A DNA stretch of 42,548 nt from a virus. Position numbers and translations under genes: made by a program. Position 1 is the stretch's first letter; every line of letters starts with the position of its first letter. Under the pieces are notes generated by a model, which was not told where the DNA came from, did no database searches, and saw only the letters and a program-made list of their open reading frames with translations. Positions 22,002 through 29,946 of this stretch are shown in pieces. The stretch covers positions 85,285 to 127,832 of IMG/VR virus record IMGVR_UViG_2597490295_000013. One strand, given 5' to 3'.

Positions 22002-22068
22002 AAGACGCTAATTTTTATCCAATTAAAAGTTGGTCGCTTAGCAGCGGTTGATGTGCTGTATGCGTCTT
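22002..22068 (-). ncRNA. CAGCA-bulge stem RNA, copy 2
   Basis: AAGACGC-ATACAGCAC...GCGTCTT; compensatory stem change relative to copy 1. Confidence 0.65.
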
Positions 22069-22132
22069 TATGTTGGGTTTTGTCTGTACAAACAGGAATT
22101 ATAGGGACTTTAACCAACTTCCTTGAACCTAG

Positions 22133-22209
22133 TGGTATGTAGGGAGAGGCTCGAACTCTCAAAACTTTGGGTCTAAGCCAAAGATCTCCTCCATTTGGAT
22201 TACCTACAC
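22133..22209 (-). tRNA. tRNA-Leu(TAG), short variable loop
   Basis: Loop CTTAGAC, A73, CCA. Confidence 0.8.
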
Positions 22210-22237
22210 ATATTTTTTTATTTCTTAACTTATTATT

Positions 22238-22266
22238 ATTATAACATATCTTTATTGAGATGTCAA
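22238..22266 (-). promoter_or_regulatory. SigmaA-type promoter
   Basis: TTGACA-17-TATAAT. Confidence 0.75.
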
Positions 22267-22280
22267 ATAAGATAGTTAAC

Positions 22281-22355
22281 TGGTAGCAAGCGCTGGTAAC
22301 GCTCCAGCTTCATTAGAGTTATGAGCACTATTGAGATACTTACCTCCCGCTTGAC
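22281..22355 (-). tRNA. tRNA-Met(CAT), atypical
   Basis: Loop CTCATAA, CCA; mismatched acceptor end and non-canonical T-loop. Confidence 0.7.
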
Positions 22356-22369
22356 ATATATAATTTTAT

Positions 22370-22443
22370 TGGCAAGGGCACAAGGAATTTAACCTCAATC
22401 TTGTGGTTTGGAATCACGTATGTTAACATTACACCATGCCCCT
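22370..22443 (-). tRNA. tRNA-Trp(CCA)
   Basis: Loop TTCCAAA, A1:U72, G73, CCA. Confidence 0.85.
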
Positions 22444-22452
22444 ACATACTAT

Positions 22453-22665
22453 CTACATGTTTGCTTCTTCTTTATCAAGTTCTTCTTCTTTTATTCCATA
22501 GAAAAGGAAATTTTCTTGAATTTCTTCCATAGGTACTTTTCCTACTAAGTGAATAAATTGAACTGCTTCTTCTATATCTTTAAATCTAAGTATCTTATCT
22601 GTTTCAAGATTTATCATAAATTGTTCTTGTCCATTGATCAATGTTGCTACAATTATAAGTTCCAT
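22453..22665 (-). CDS. Hypothetical protein (similar to 25132..25359)
   Basis: 70 aa ORF; shared LING...F..I.EA..F pattern. Confidence 0.55.
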   Translation of the reverse strand: MELIIVATLINGQEQFMINLETDKILRFKDIEEAVQFIHLVGKVPMEEIQENFLFYGIKEEELDKEEANM

Positions 22666-22669
22666 AGTA

Positions 22670-22855
22670 TTACTCCTTCGCTAGTTTTGCTTCTTCTTTC
22701 GCCAATTTTCTCAATCTAATTCTTTCTAATCGTGCTTTTTCTTGTCTAATACGTTTTTCTGTTGCAACCTTAAACATTCTAAGATTTCGTCTATCAGATG
22801 TTTCATCAATAATTACTGTGAATCCATTCGGTAAAGTTCCTACTTGTTTGTTCAT
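22670..22855 (-). CDS. Hypothetical protein
   Basis: 61 aa ORF with GGAGG RBS. Confidence 0.55.
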   Translation of the reverse strand: MNKQVGTLPNGFTVIIDETSDRRNLRMFKVATEKRIRQEKARLERIRLRKLAKEEAKLAKE

Positions 22856-22867
22856 AAAACATTCCTC

Positions 22868-23035
22868 CTATCTACGAAATCCAATTACCTTATAACCAAG
22901 TTGATATCTTAAGAAATCAATTGCTCCTAATTCTGTTAATCCACTAAATCCTGTTAATTCAATAACTTTTTTAGTTACATGAGCAGAAGTGATTGCTTTT
23001 AATGCAGATTTTTCTGTATAAATTCTTTTAGCCAT
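22868..23035 (-). CDS. Hypothetical protein, 55 aa
   Basis: AAGGAG RBS, ATG 23035, TAG 22868. Confidence 0.55.
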   Translation of the reverse strand: MAKRIYTEKSALKAITSAHVTKKVIELTGFSGLTELGAIDFLRYQLGYKVIGFRR

Positions 23036-23045
23036 AGTTTTCTCC

Positions 23046-23249
23046 TTATTTATTCATATTTTTATAAGTTTGTTCTTCTTTATCTAATCTCCATTTGTAA
23101 TCGCTAATATCATATGAGCAAGAAACTTTTCTAAAAGATCTTCCATTAGCAACGATATTAGTATTTCTAACTCTTTTGTTCGCTTTTCTTTTTTCAAATT
23201 TATTTTTTTTATCTACTACCCAAGGTTCTTTCTTGAAACTCCTACTCAT
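23046..23249 (-). CDS. Small basic protein
   Basis: MSRSFKKEP...KRKANKRVR...SYDISDY; GGAGGT-like RBS. Confidence 0.6.
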   Translation of the reverse strand: MSRSFKKEPWVVDKKNKFEKRKANKRVRNTNIVANGRSFRKVSCSYDISDYKWRLDKEEQTYKNMNK

Positions 23250-23581
23250 AGTAATCACCTTCCTAAGTAGCTATGTAATATATATTATCTTTCGGCGGAC
23301 GGCAGAGACATCGATTCTCATTAAATGCTTTCCTTTTACCCTCTGCTCTACAGCAAGCCTCATACCTTTGACACTGTCATATCTTGATGTACACTCGGAA
23401 TATGAATTATACAAAGGTGCTACACGTATATTCGGACTACCGACCCCCGAAAGATAATATAATTATGTAAATAACATATCTTAGAGTACTATTACTAGTA
23501 GGACTCTAAAATTTTACTAGGCTTCTAGTAAAAGCCGATAAAATAATCTAGCTTTCACAGCTTTTTGATGATATGTTATGT

Positions 23582-23667
23582 TGGTGCCAAAGTTGAGATT
23601 CGAACTCAAAGGACCTTCCGGCAATAGTTTTACAGACTATTCACGCCCCTTACGTGACTACTCGGGC
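23582..23667 (-). tRNA. tRNA-Tyr(GTA)
   Basis: Loop CTGTAAA, long variable arm, CCA. Confidence 0.85.
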
Positions 23668-23698
23668 AAATATGATTAATTAAGGATAATCACTCCTA

Positions 23699-23775
23699 TG
23701 GACCAAGTAGAGAGATTCGAACTCTCGTCCCGTGCGCCCAAAGCACGTGCTACAACCAAACTCAGCTATACCTGG
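23699..23775 (-). tRNA. tRNA-Pro(TGG)
   Basis: Loop TTTGGGC, C1:G72, CCA. Confidence 0.88.
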
Positions 23776-23966
23776 ATATATTTGAAACCAGTGTTTTTTA
23801 TCCTTCCCCACACTCAAAAGCTATCCAATCTTCAAATTTCAGTAAACAATCGGAGATTAGCAACAGATCACTTACCTAGTATATATTTTTTTGTTGGTTT
23901 CTCGAACAAAAGGAATATACAAATACCTTGATAGTTTTTATTATAGCCAAGGACTACCAAACTGGC

Positions 23967-24042
23967 TGGTGGAAGTGGCGAGGATCGAACTCGCGGCTCA
24001 CGATTTAAAAGACCGTTACTCTGCCAACTGAGTTACACTTCC
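23967..24042 (-). tRNA. tRNA-Lys(TTT)
   Basis: Loop CTTTTAA, CCA. Confidence 0.9.
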
Positions 24043-24141
24043 ATATATAATAATAAATTATCAGGGGTTACGCTCCCCAACCTCCCAAATACGTTTAGGT
24101 TATAATTTTAGATAATCTATTATTTTTTTATCTCTATAAAT

Positions 24142-24170
24142 ATTATAACATTATTTTTTTAGATTGTCAA
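24142..24170 (-). promoter_or_regulatory. SigmaA-type promoter
   Basis: TTGACA-17-TATAAT. Confidence 0.7.
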
Positions 24171-24336
24171 TAAAAATTTCTAATTTTTCTAAAAATACTT
24201 CTTCTTCCCAATAGAATGGGTCTCCCATAGTAGACATAAAATTATACATTAATTGACCAAATCTCCAATCTGGGAATTCTTTCCATTGTTCTTCTAGCTT
24301 TTCTAAAAACAATTTCATTCTATTAATATCTCTCAT
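24151..24336 (-). CDS. Small phage protein (MRD...PDWRFGQL type)
   Basis: MRDINRM...WKEFPDWRFGQL...DPFYWEE. Confidence 0.7.
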   Translation of the reverse strand: MRDINRMKLFLEKLEEQWKEFPDWRFGQLMYNFMSTMGDPFYWEEEVFLEKLEIFIDNLKK

Positions 24337-24437
24337 AACAACCTCCTAAAATTATGTAATGACGGTTATTGGGACAAGGGAACCGTAAAACCCATGATAG
24401 CTTGCCTGAGCTATCTGCATATAGCCATATGCCTCGT

Positions 24438-24512
24438 TGGTGAAGCGTAGGGAAGTCGAATCCCTGTTGTCACGGTGAAAACGTGAGTTCCTAACCATTA
24501 GAAGAACGCTCC
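24438..24512 (-). tRNA. tRNA-Glu(TTC)
   Basis: Loop TTTTCAC, CCA. Confidence 0.88.
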
Positions 24513-24596
24513 ATATACGAGAGTTTTTAGTGAGAACTCAATAACTCATTGGTGCTTTAAGTTGCTTATTGGTTTGTGTACTGGTTTATGATACAC

Positions 24597-24672
24597 TGGT
24601 AGTCATATCGAGATTCGAACTCGAACTATACTGGGATTAAACCAGTTGCCTCTGCCATTGGACTATACGACC
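24597..24672 (-). tRNA. tRNA-Leu(TAA), short variable loop
   Basis: Loop TTTAATC, A73, CCA. Confidence 0.8.
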
Positions 24673-24757
24673 ACGCCCCGATCGTTATTCTTTATAGTGC
24701 CCAATCGGGTGGCACCTTGAATCAAACGTTTGATAGTGAGGAAGCTATCCTCTACTT

Positions 24758-24829
24758 GGCTTTAGTAGGATTCGAACCTACACCTCCCCACTCCACGTGA
24801 GAAATTCTACCGATTAAACTATAATAGCC
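24758..24829 (-). ncRNA. tRNA-like RNA lacking a free CCA
   Basis: D-arm and T-arm (GTAGG TTCGAAT CCTAC) present; aberrant anticodon loop. Confidence 0.55.
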
Positions 24830-24915
24830 ACATGTCCCTTCTAACTTATACAGCGCCTAAAAGGTTGCGCTTTAATTTAGAGATAGCAAGTCTCTAATAA
24901 TTAATTGAGTCTCAA

Positions 24916-24979
24916 GGCTTTAGTAGGATTCGAACCTACACATCTTTTTGCTAAGATTAATTCCCCATAGATTAAAGCC
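24916..24979 (-). ncRNA. Reduced tRNA-like RNA (acceptor + T-arm, no D-arm)
   Basis: GGCTTTA/TAAAGCC stem; 3' 26 nt identical to the element at 24758. Confidence 0.5.
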
Positions 24980-24982
24980 ACA

Positions 24983-25057
24983 TGGTGTGGGATAAGGGAG
25001 TTGAACCCCTGTCTAAGGCATATAAGACCCTGGTACTGACCGTTATACTAATCCCAC
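24983..25057 (-). tRNA. tRNA-Ile(TAT)
   Basis: Loop CTTATAT, CCA. Confidence 0.85.
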
Positions 25058-25066
25058 ATATTTTAT

Positions 25067-25141
25067 TGGTACTCGGAGGAGAAGTTGAATCTCCATTATT
25101 GGCGTATCAGACCAAAGTACTAACCGTTATACTATCCGAGC
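25067..25141 (-). tRNA. tRNA-Ile(GAT)
   Basis: Loop CTGATAC, CCA. Confidence 0.85.
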
Positions 25142-25359
25142 ATATTATCTATAAAGAAAGCTGTTGAATCATGAAAAACATAATTTTTTTCAATATCTTC
25201 TATACTTTCTCCTGTTACTTCTTTCATGAAATCTTTTGCATCTTTAATAGTTGTGAATATCATAGGAAATGTAAAATTACTTTCTTCTGATAATACATAT
25301 TCATAACCATTGGTAACATTCCCATTAATAAGTCTTCCTATAATAAAATCATTACGCAT
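25132..25359 (-). CDS. Hypothetical protein
   Basis: 75 aa ORF with RBS behind a promoter; its stop overlaps the tRNA-Ile 5' end. Confidence 0.55.
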   Translation of the reverse strand: MRNDFIIGRLINGNVTNGYEYVLSEESNFTFPMIFTTIKDAKDFMKEVTGESIEDIEKNYVFHDSTAFFIDNMLG

Positions 25360-25399
25360 AATTTTCTCCTTTTTTTCTTTTTCTTTAACTTCTATATAT

Positions 25400-25428
25400 A
25401 TTATAACAAATATATACTAAGTTGTCAA
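25400..25428 (-). promoter_or_regulatory. SigmaA-type promoter
   Basis: TTGACA-17-TATAAT; nearly identical to 40186..40214. Confidence 0.75.
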
Positions 25429-25579
25429 GTAAATTCTTAAACTTTCATTTTAACCCTTTCTTGAAAACTTTTATTTTAAAAATTGTGTGGATTTATTTTA
25501 ATAGGAATTACTCGCGCTCAACCACTTCCTACATGCGAGAACATTTTTTTTACTTGGCACTAATGTTCTATAAGCCAAC

Positions 25580-25658
25580 TGGTGGAGAATACGAGAATCG
25601 AACTCGTCTGACTTCCTACTTGCAAAACAGGTGACCACCCCATGCAGTCCCATCCCCC
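25580..25658 (-). tRNA. tRNA-Ala(TGC)
   Basis: Loop TTTGCAA, G3:U70, CCA. Confidence 0.88.
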
Positions 25659-25782
25659 AAATGTGACAGATAATATCGTTTAAGGAATCGAACCTTTCTC
25701 TGATATACTCTCTGTCAAAATATACCATTCGTTTTTTTACCTATCTTCCAATAGACAAGGAAACCCATTCCCAAGTTAGACA

Positions 25783-25858
25783 TGGAAGAGATGAAGAGGC
25801 TCGAACTCTCATGTATGGCGTTAGAAGCACCATGCCTATCCAATTAGACTACATCTCC
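25783..25858 (-). tRNA. tRNA-Arg(TCT)
   Basis: Loop CTTCTAA, CCA. Confidence 0.88.
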
Positions 25859-25863
25859 ACATA

Positions 25864-26262
25864 TTATTTAAAATCTGAAATATAAGATTCTTTATTTAAA
25901 TATCTTTTCTTGTTTAATATTGATAAATATAAGTATGCTTCACAAATAATCCCATCTGCGAAACTATAGCTTTTTTCATCTCCTACAGACATCTCTTCAT
26001 CATTTTCAAAATAATTATATTTTGCATCTAATCTGTCTGTAACTTTGTTATATTGTATAATTTTTTTATTTAAGAATTTTTTATGTTTTTTAATATCAAT
26101 TTGATTATTATCAGCAATTATTTCTTCTGACATAAGAAAATTTAAAAATAAATGTCCTCTATTATGATATGCCCAAAAAACATTTCATGGTAATTCTTGC
26201 ATTTCATCTTTAGTAATAAATTTAGACCTTTCTAATTGTTCTAAAAAATAACGTTTCTGCAT
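25864..26262 (-). CDS. Hypothetical protein (TGA at 26185)
   Basis: RBS and ATG at 26262, in frame through TGA with ORF 25864..26133. Confidence 0.6.
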
Positions 26263-26279
26263 ATTAACCACCTTTCTAT

Positions 26280-26354
26280 TGGAGGGGACGAAGAGAATTG
26301 AACTCTCATTACTGACTCGGCAAGCCAGTGTAATAGCCGTTATACTACATCCCC
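26280..26354 (-). tRNA. tRNA-Gly(GCC)
   Basis: Loop TTGCCGA, U73, CCA. Confidence 0.88.
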
Positions 26355-26553
26355 AAATTGGGGAGAAGGGTTTTTTTAAGGTTGATTAACATAGTGACAT
26401 GTATATTGTTAATCTTTAAACCCCTTTCCAGAAAAACCTTGGTAGCTATTCGATTCATTTAGGTTGCTACCATTGTTTCTTCATAAGGGGAACACCCTCT
26501 AAGACTTAATGTCGCTTAGATCGACAGATCTATACCCTATGGATACAGATAGG

Positions 26554-26628
26554 TGGAGCGGATAGGGATGATTGAAATCCCATCGCTTGGGTGGAAACCA
26601 AGAATAATAGCCATTATACTATACCCGC
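26554..26628 (-). tRNA. tRNA-Gly(TCC)
   Basis: Loop TTTCCAC, U73, CCA. Confidence 0.88.
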
Positions 26629-26632
26629 ATAC

Positions 26633-26815
26633 TTATTTAATTTCCATACAACCAGCTCTACAATTCTTTTGTAGACATCTTCAATAAACTTTGGAAACTT
26701 TATTCATAGCTCTATGTTTTTTACAATGAGGTGTTAATCTGCCTATATTACCATCATCAGCAAGTTCTACTAAATCAAATCTAGTATTATTATCATCTAT
26801 GGTTTTAATTTTCAT
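26633..26815 (-). CDS. Small Cys/His protein (TGA at 26681)
   Basis: GGAGG RBS; PHCKKHRAMNKVS...Y(W)RC...CRAGC. Confidence 0.6.
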
Positions 26816-26832
26816 AACAGCCTCCTATGTAT

Positions 26833-26908
26833 TGGGCGTGATAAGGAGAATCGAACTCCCATACAAGGGTTCACAACCCTCTGCACTAGCCATTGTGCTA
26901 TATCACAC
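26833..26908 (-). tRNA. tRNA-His(GTG)
   Basis: Loop TTGTGAA, G-1:C73, CCA. Confidence 0.88.
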
Positions 26909-26935
26909 ATATAGAGGGGATTTCTCCCCTTATTA

Positions 26936-28453
26936 TTAAATTGTTACAACTGCATATCTCTCCGAGCTAATTACCTCTAGCATTAATTCATAAGGTGTAG
27001 TAGCTACAGACTTAATTAAGTTAACAAAGGTATTAGAGCTAAGCCCGCTAACTAATTGCACATCTCTATCATCTTTTGCTGCATGAAGAGTGTTGTTTCT
27101 AGCATTAACATTCCAAAAGATTATAGCAGGCATAGTATACCCATATTGAGCAAATTCAAATCTCATTTTTTTAAGGAATATCATTTTAACTTTATTATTA
27201 TTTCTATATGAATATGGATCATATCCATCTCCACCTACGCAAGAATCAAATTCCATATCAGAAACAATAATTAATTTAGCTGGAAGTTCACTTTGTGTAA
27301 GATTGTTTTTAACACTTGTATCTAATACTAATTGTAAAGCTGCTTCAAGATTAGTACTCATATCCCAATTTGCTCTATTCAAATTTTGTGCTTTTTCTAC
27401 TACATTGTTACCAACTAATTTTACTAATTCAGGTTTATTTGAAAAAGTCATAAAGTAATCTTTAAATTCTCCAGTATTTCTTTCTGCAAAATACATTGCA
27501 AGAGAAATAGATACTGATAACGGAGCACCGCACATAGAGCCTGATACATCCGCAATTACTAATGCATTAACTTCTTTACCATTCAAGTAGTCTGGCAATG
27601 AACGCCAGTATGCTTCTAATTCATTAATACTATGTTGATCATACATATCACTATTTAATGCTTTATCTACTATTTGATAAGGGAAAAGAGTTTTTGCTTT
27701 AAAAGTTTTTACACTTTTAGTTAACTCTTCTTTTGGTGCTTCAACAATAGCATTTACAAAACTATTATATCTTTCTTCATCATGACGGCAAAATGCATCT
27801 CTGTATTTTAATCCCGCTTGTGAAGGGATAGTTTCATAATTAATTGTATCCCATTCTCCATTACCCATTTTTGTTTCAACTAAATCTATTCTACTTCTTA
27901 ATTTAGTTAAAGTAGTTCTATAACGTTTAGGAGTCATGTCTAATGCTAATCTAGTTCTTTTTGCTAATTTCTTAGTTTCAAAGCTAGATGCATTCTCAGA
28001 TTTTAACCATTTAGCTAATAAAGATGGACGTTCTGCTCTTAGGTCTACGTTAAGTTGTTTTTGGACGAACTTAAACATAGCTTTCTCTAAAGAAGTCCCC
28101 ACAAATGAATATAAATCATCCCATCTACCAAACTCGGGAATTAAGTGCATATTTTTAGACATAGTTGTAGGATCAATTTTCGCTAAATATGTTAATATAA
28201 TTCTACCAAAGCGTCTTTCTCCTTGCCCTTCAAGAATATCTCTTAAATGAAAAGCAACTCTTAATGCTTGAAGTTTATCTTCAGCATATGCTTTAGAAAA
28301 TAATTGAACAATATCTGTTTCACTTCTATCTCTCATTGCTCCACCTAAAGCGAACAAATCAAGTACATGTGAAGTTGTTGATTTAAGAGCAACGGCTCCG
28401 TTTTCTGTTTCTTTAAAGTTATCTTCTGTTTCTAAATGTTTAATAAAAGTCAT
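26936..28453 (-). CDS. DUF2828-type TROVE/Ro60-like protein with C-terminal vWA domain
   Basis: TENGA, LDLF, RDILEGQGER, FGRWDDL, AKWL, MIDAS DVSGSM, STNL, SDMEFD, IIFWNV, VSG. Family recognised from motifs. Confidence 0.85.
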   Translation of the reverse strand: MTFIKHLETEDNFKETENGAVALKSTTSHVLDLFALGGAMRDRSETDIVQLFSKAYAEDKLQALRVAFHLRDILEGQGERRFGRIILTYLAKIDPTTMSKNMHLIPEFGRWDDLYSFVGTSLEKAMFKFVQKQLNVDLRAERPSLLAKWLKSENASSFETKKLAKRTRLALDMTPKRYRTTLTKLRSRIDLVETKMGNGEWDTINYETIPSQAGLKYRDAFCRHDEERYNSFVNAIVEAPKEELTKSVKTFKAKTLFPYQIVDKALNSDMYDQHSINELEAYWRSLPDYLNGKEVNALVIADVSGSMCGAPLSVSISLAMYFAERNTGEFKDYFMTFSNKPELVKLVGNNVVEKAQNLNRANWDMSTNLEAALQLVLDTSVKNNLTQSELPAKLIIVSDMEFDSCVGGDGYDPYSYRNNNKVKMIFLKKMRFEFAQYGYTMPAIIFWNVNARNNTLHAAKDDRDVQLVSGLSSNTFVNLIKSVATTPYELMLEVISSERYAVVTI

Positions 28454-28485
28454 GTGTTTCCTCCTTATTTTTAATGAAAAAAACC

Positions 28486-28556
28486 TAGATGCATTTTAAT
28501 TTCTGTAAAGCAAGTTGCCCAGCTTTTCTTAAATTTTAGTTTGCTGTTCGCATCTA
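28486..28556 (-). ncRNA. CAGCA-bulge stem RNA, copy 3 (directly upstream of the Ro60-like gene)
   Basis: TAGATGC-GAACAGCAA...GCATCTA. Confidence 0.65.
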
Positions 28557-28565
28557 ATTTTTGGT

Positions 28566-28640
28566 TGGCGTGGCTAGGAAGATTCGAACTTCCATCTACA
28601 GATTCAAAGCCTGTCGCATTTACCCTTACACTATAGCCAT
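28566..28640 (-). tRNA. tRNA-Gln(TTG)
   Basis: Loop CTTTGAA, G73, CCA. Confidence 0.85.
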
Positions 28641-28729
28641 ATGTATCCTGCATTTTATTACACGATGCAGTATCGTTACTTCCGTATTCTTTTAGTTGTC
28701 TGAAGTGACAACACATACTTAATATGTAA

Positions 28730-28805
28730 TGGAGCTCCTCCTCAGAATCGAACTGAGATTCACAGATTACAAAACTGTAGTAATTTGCCATTATACGAAA
28801 GGAGC
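28730..28805 (-). tRNA. tRNA-Thr(TGT)
   Basis: Loop TTTGTAA, CCA. Confidence 0.85.
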
Positions 28806-28952
28806 ATATCCTGTCTATTTTTATCGACCTTGACAGGTTGGTCTATGCATCACAGAGAGCTACTCCGTACTTAGCATCTCATTTTATCTTTAAAGTGCTA
28901 CGATGAGAAACAAAGCACTTCCCCAATTTAAAGTGATGAGAGCACACTATAC

Positions 28953-29050
28953 TAGACACAAAATTATCACTGGAATCGAACCAGTCTTAAAAAATTCGTA
29001 GTTTTTTTTGCCTACCATTGGCTTGATTTTAGTTTTGCTGTGTGTGTCTA
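28953..29050 (-). ncRNA. CAGCA-bulge stem RNA, copy 4, containing a full tRNA-like domain
   Basis: TAGACAC-ACACAGCAA...GTGTCTA enclosing a D-arm (GCC AATGGTA GGC), an anticodon arm (loop CTACGAA) and a T-arm (ACTGG TTCGATT CCAGT). Confidence 0.75.
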
Positions 29051-29064
29051 AATGGTAAATATAT

Positions 29065-29430
29065 TTATTTATTATGTTCTTCTCTATGACAATTAGCACA
29101 TAATAAAATACATTTCTCTAGTTCTTTTTTATATTTATCCCAACTTCTAGTATTTCCATTACCTAACCCACTCTCTTTGATAGCTGGGTCTAAATGATGA
29201 AATTCTAATGCATCAATACATTTATCATAATTGCATTTACTACATTTTCCACCTTTAATTTTTACTGCTTGTTTTTTCATAGCACGTCTTAAAACAGTTT
29301 TATTATGCACTTGACGTTCTTTTTCTCCTTCTCCATTTTTAGTTGAAGGACTACACTCAAAACAGTATTTTCTAGTTCCTCCACCTTTAATAGGCGTAAA
29401 TTCTTTTCCACAAATTTCACATTTTTTCAT
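29065..29430 (-). CDS. HNH endonuclease
   Basis: CEICG, CSKC, ALEFHH, LLCANCHREEH. Confidence 0.85.
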   Translation of the reverse strand: MKKCEICGKEFTPIKGGGTRKYCFECSPSTKNGEGEKERQVHNKTVLRRAMKKQAVKIKGGKCSKCNYDKCIDALEFHHLDPAIKESGLGNGNTRSWDKYKKELEKCILLCANCHREEHNK

Positions 29431-29491
29431 TGTATTCCCTTTCTTTTTTTTAGAAAGGATTGCCGCATCACAGTACGGCATTAATCCAATT

Positions 29492-29567
29492 TGGCGGGCG
29501 AGATGGGAGTTGAACCCACAATCTCAAAATTAACAGTTTTTTGCTTTTCCTATTAAGCTTCTCACCC
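29492..29567 (-). tRNA. tRNA-Asn(GTT)
   Basis: Loop CTGTTAA, G73, CCA. Confidence 0.85.
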
Positions 29568-29626
29568 ATAAATTTAACGGGATTTTTAGAAGCTCCCAAT
29601 ACTTCATTAGTTCAGTTAAGAACCGT

Positions 29627-29711
29627 TGGAGGAGCACCAGAGAATCGAACTCTGTAGAGTATTACCTCCTCATAGTTTTCAAGACTACTTATCACCATTA
29701 ATGTATGCTCC
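29627..29711 (-). tRNA. tRNA-Ser(TGA)
   Basis: Loop CTTGAAA, long variable arm, CCA. Confidence 0.85.
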
Positions 29712-29817
29712 ATGTCCCTTAGACTTTTTTAGGAGTGTCCCTGGGTATTCATCTCCACAACTTATATTTAAGTCTAGTTGCCAAAGACTGTGGTATTAGC
29801 TTAAAATTTAAGCTAAC

Positions 29818-29891
29818 TGGCAAAGGTCAGAAGAGTCGAACTCCTATCTTGAGGTTTGAAAGCTCCTGTCTTACCGTTAGACGAGACCAAT
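29818..29891 (-). tRNA. tRNA with anticodon TCA (UGA-decoding, probable tRNA-Trp)
   Basis: Loop TT-TCA-AA, short variable loop AGAT, A1:U72, G73, CCA; same layout as tRNA-Trp(CCA) at 22370. Confidence 0.85.
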
Positions 29892-29946
29892 ACAGTTAGA
29901 ATTTCTACTTTGATAATACAATTACTTTTTCCATCAGTATTTTTCT

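Noticed and set aside
21911-22068. CRISPR mini-array
   Set aside because: The units are self-complementary modules with covarying ends, not identical repeats with fixed-length spacers, and no cas genes are present.
25498-28791. Minus-strand ORFs 25498..25728 and 28471..28791
   Set aside because: They run through tRNA genes and ncRNA elements and lack coding features.
29818-29891. tRNA(UCA) as selenocysteine tRNA
   Set aside because: It is only 74 nt with no long variable arm or extended acceptor stem, and the TGAs do not fall at Cys-type positions.
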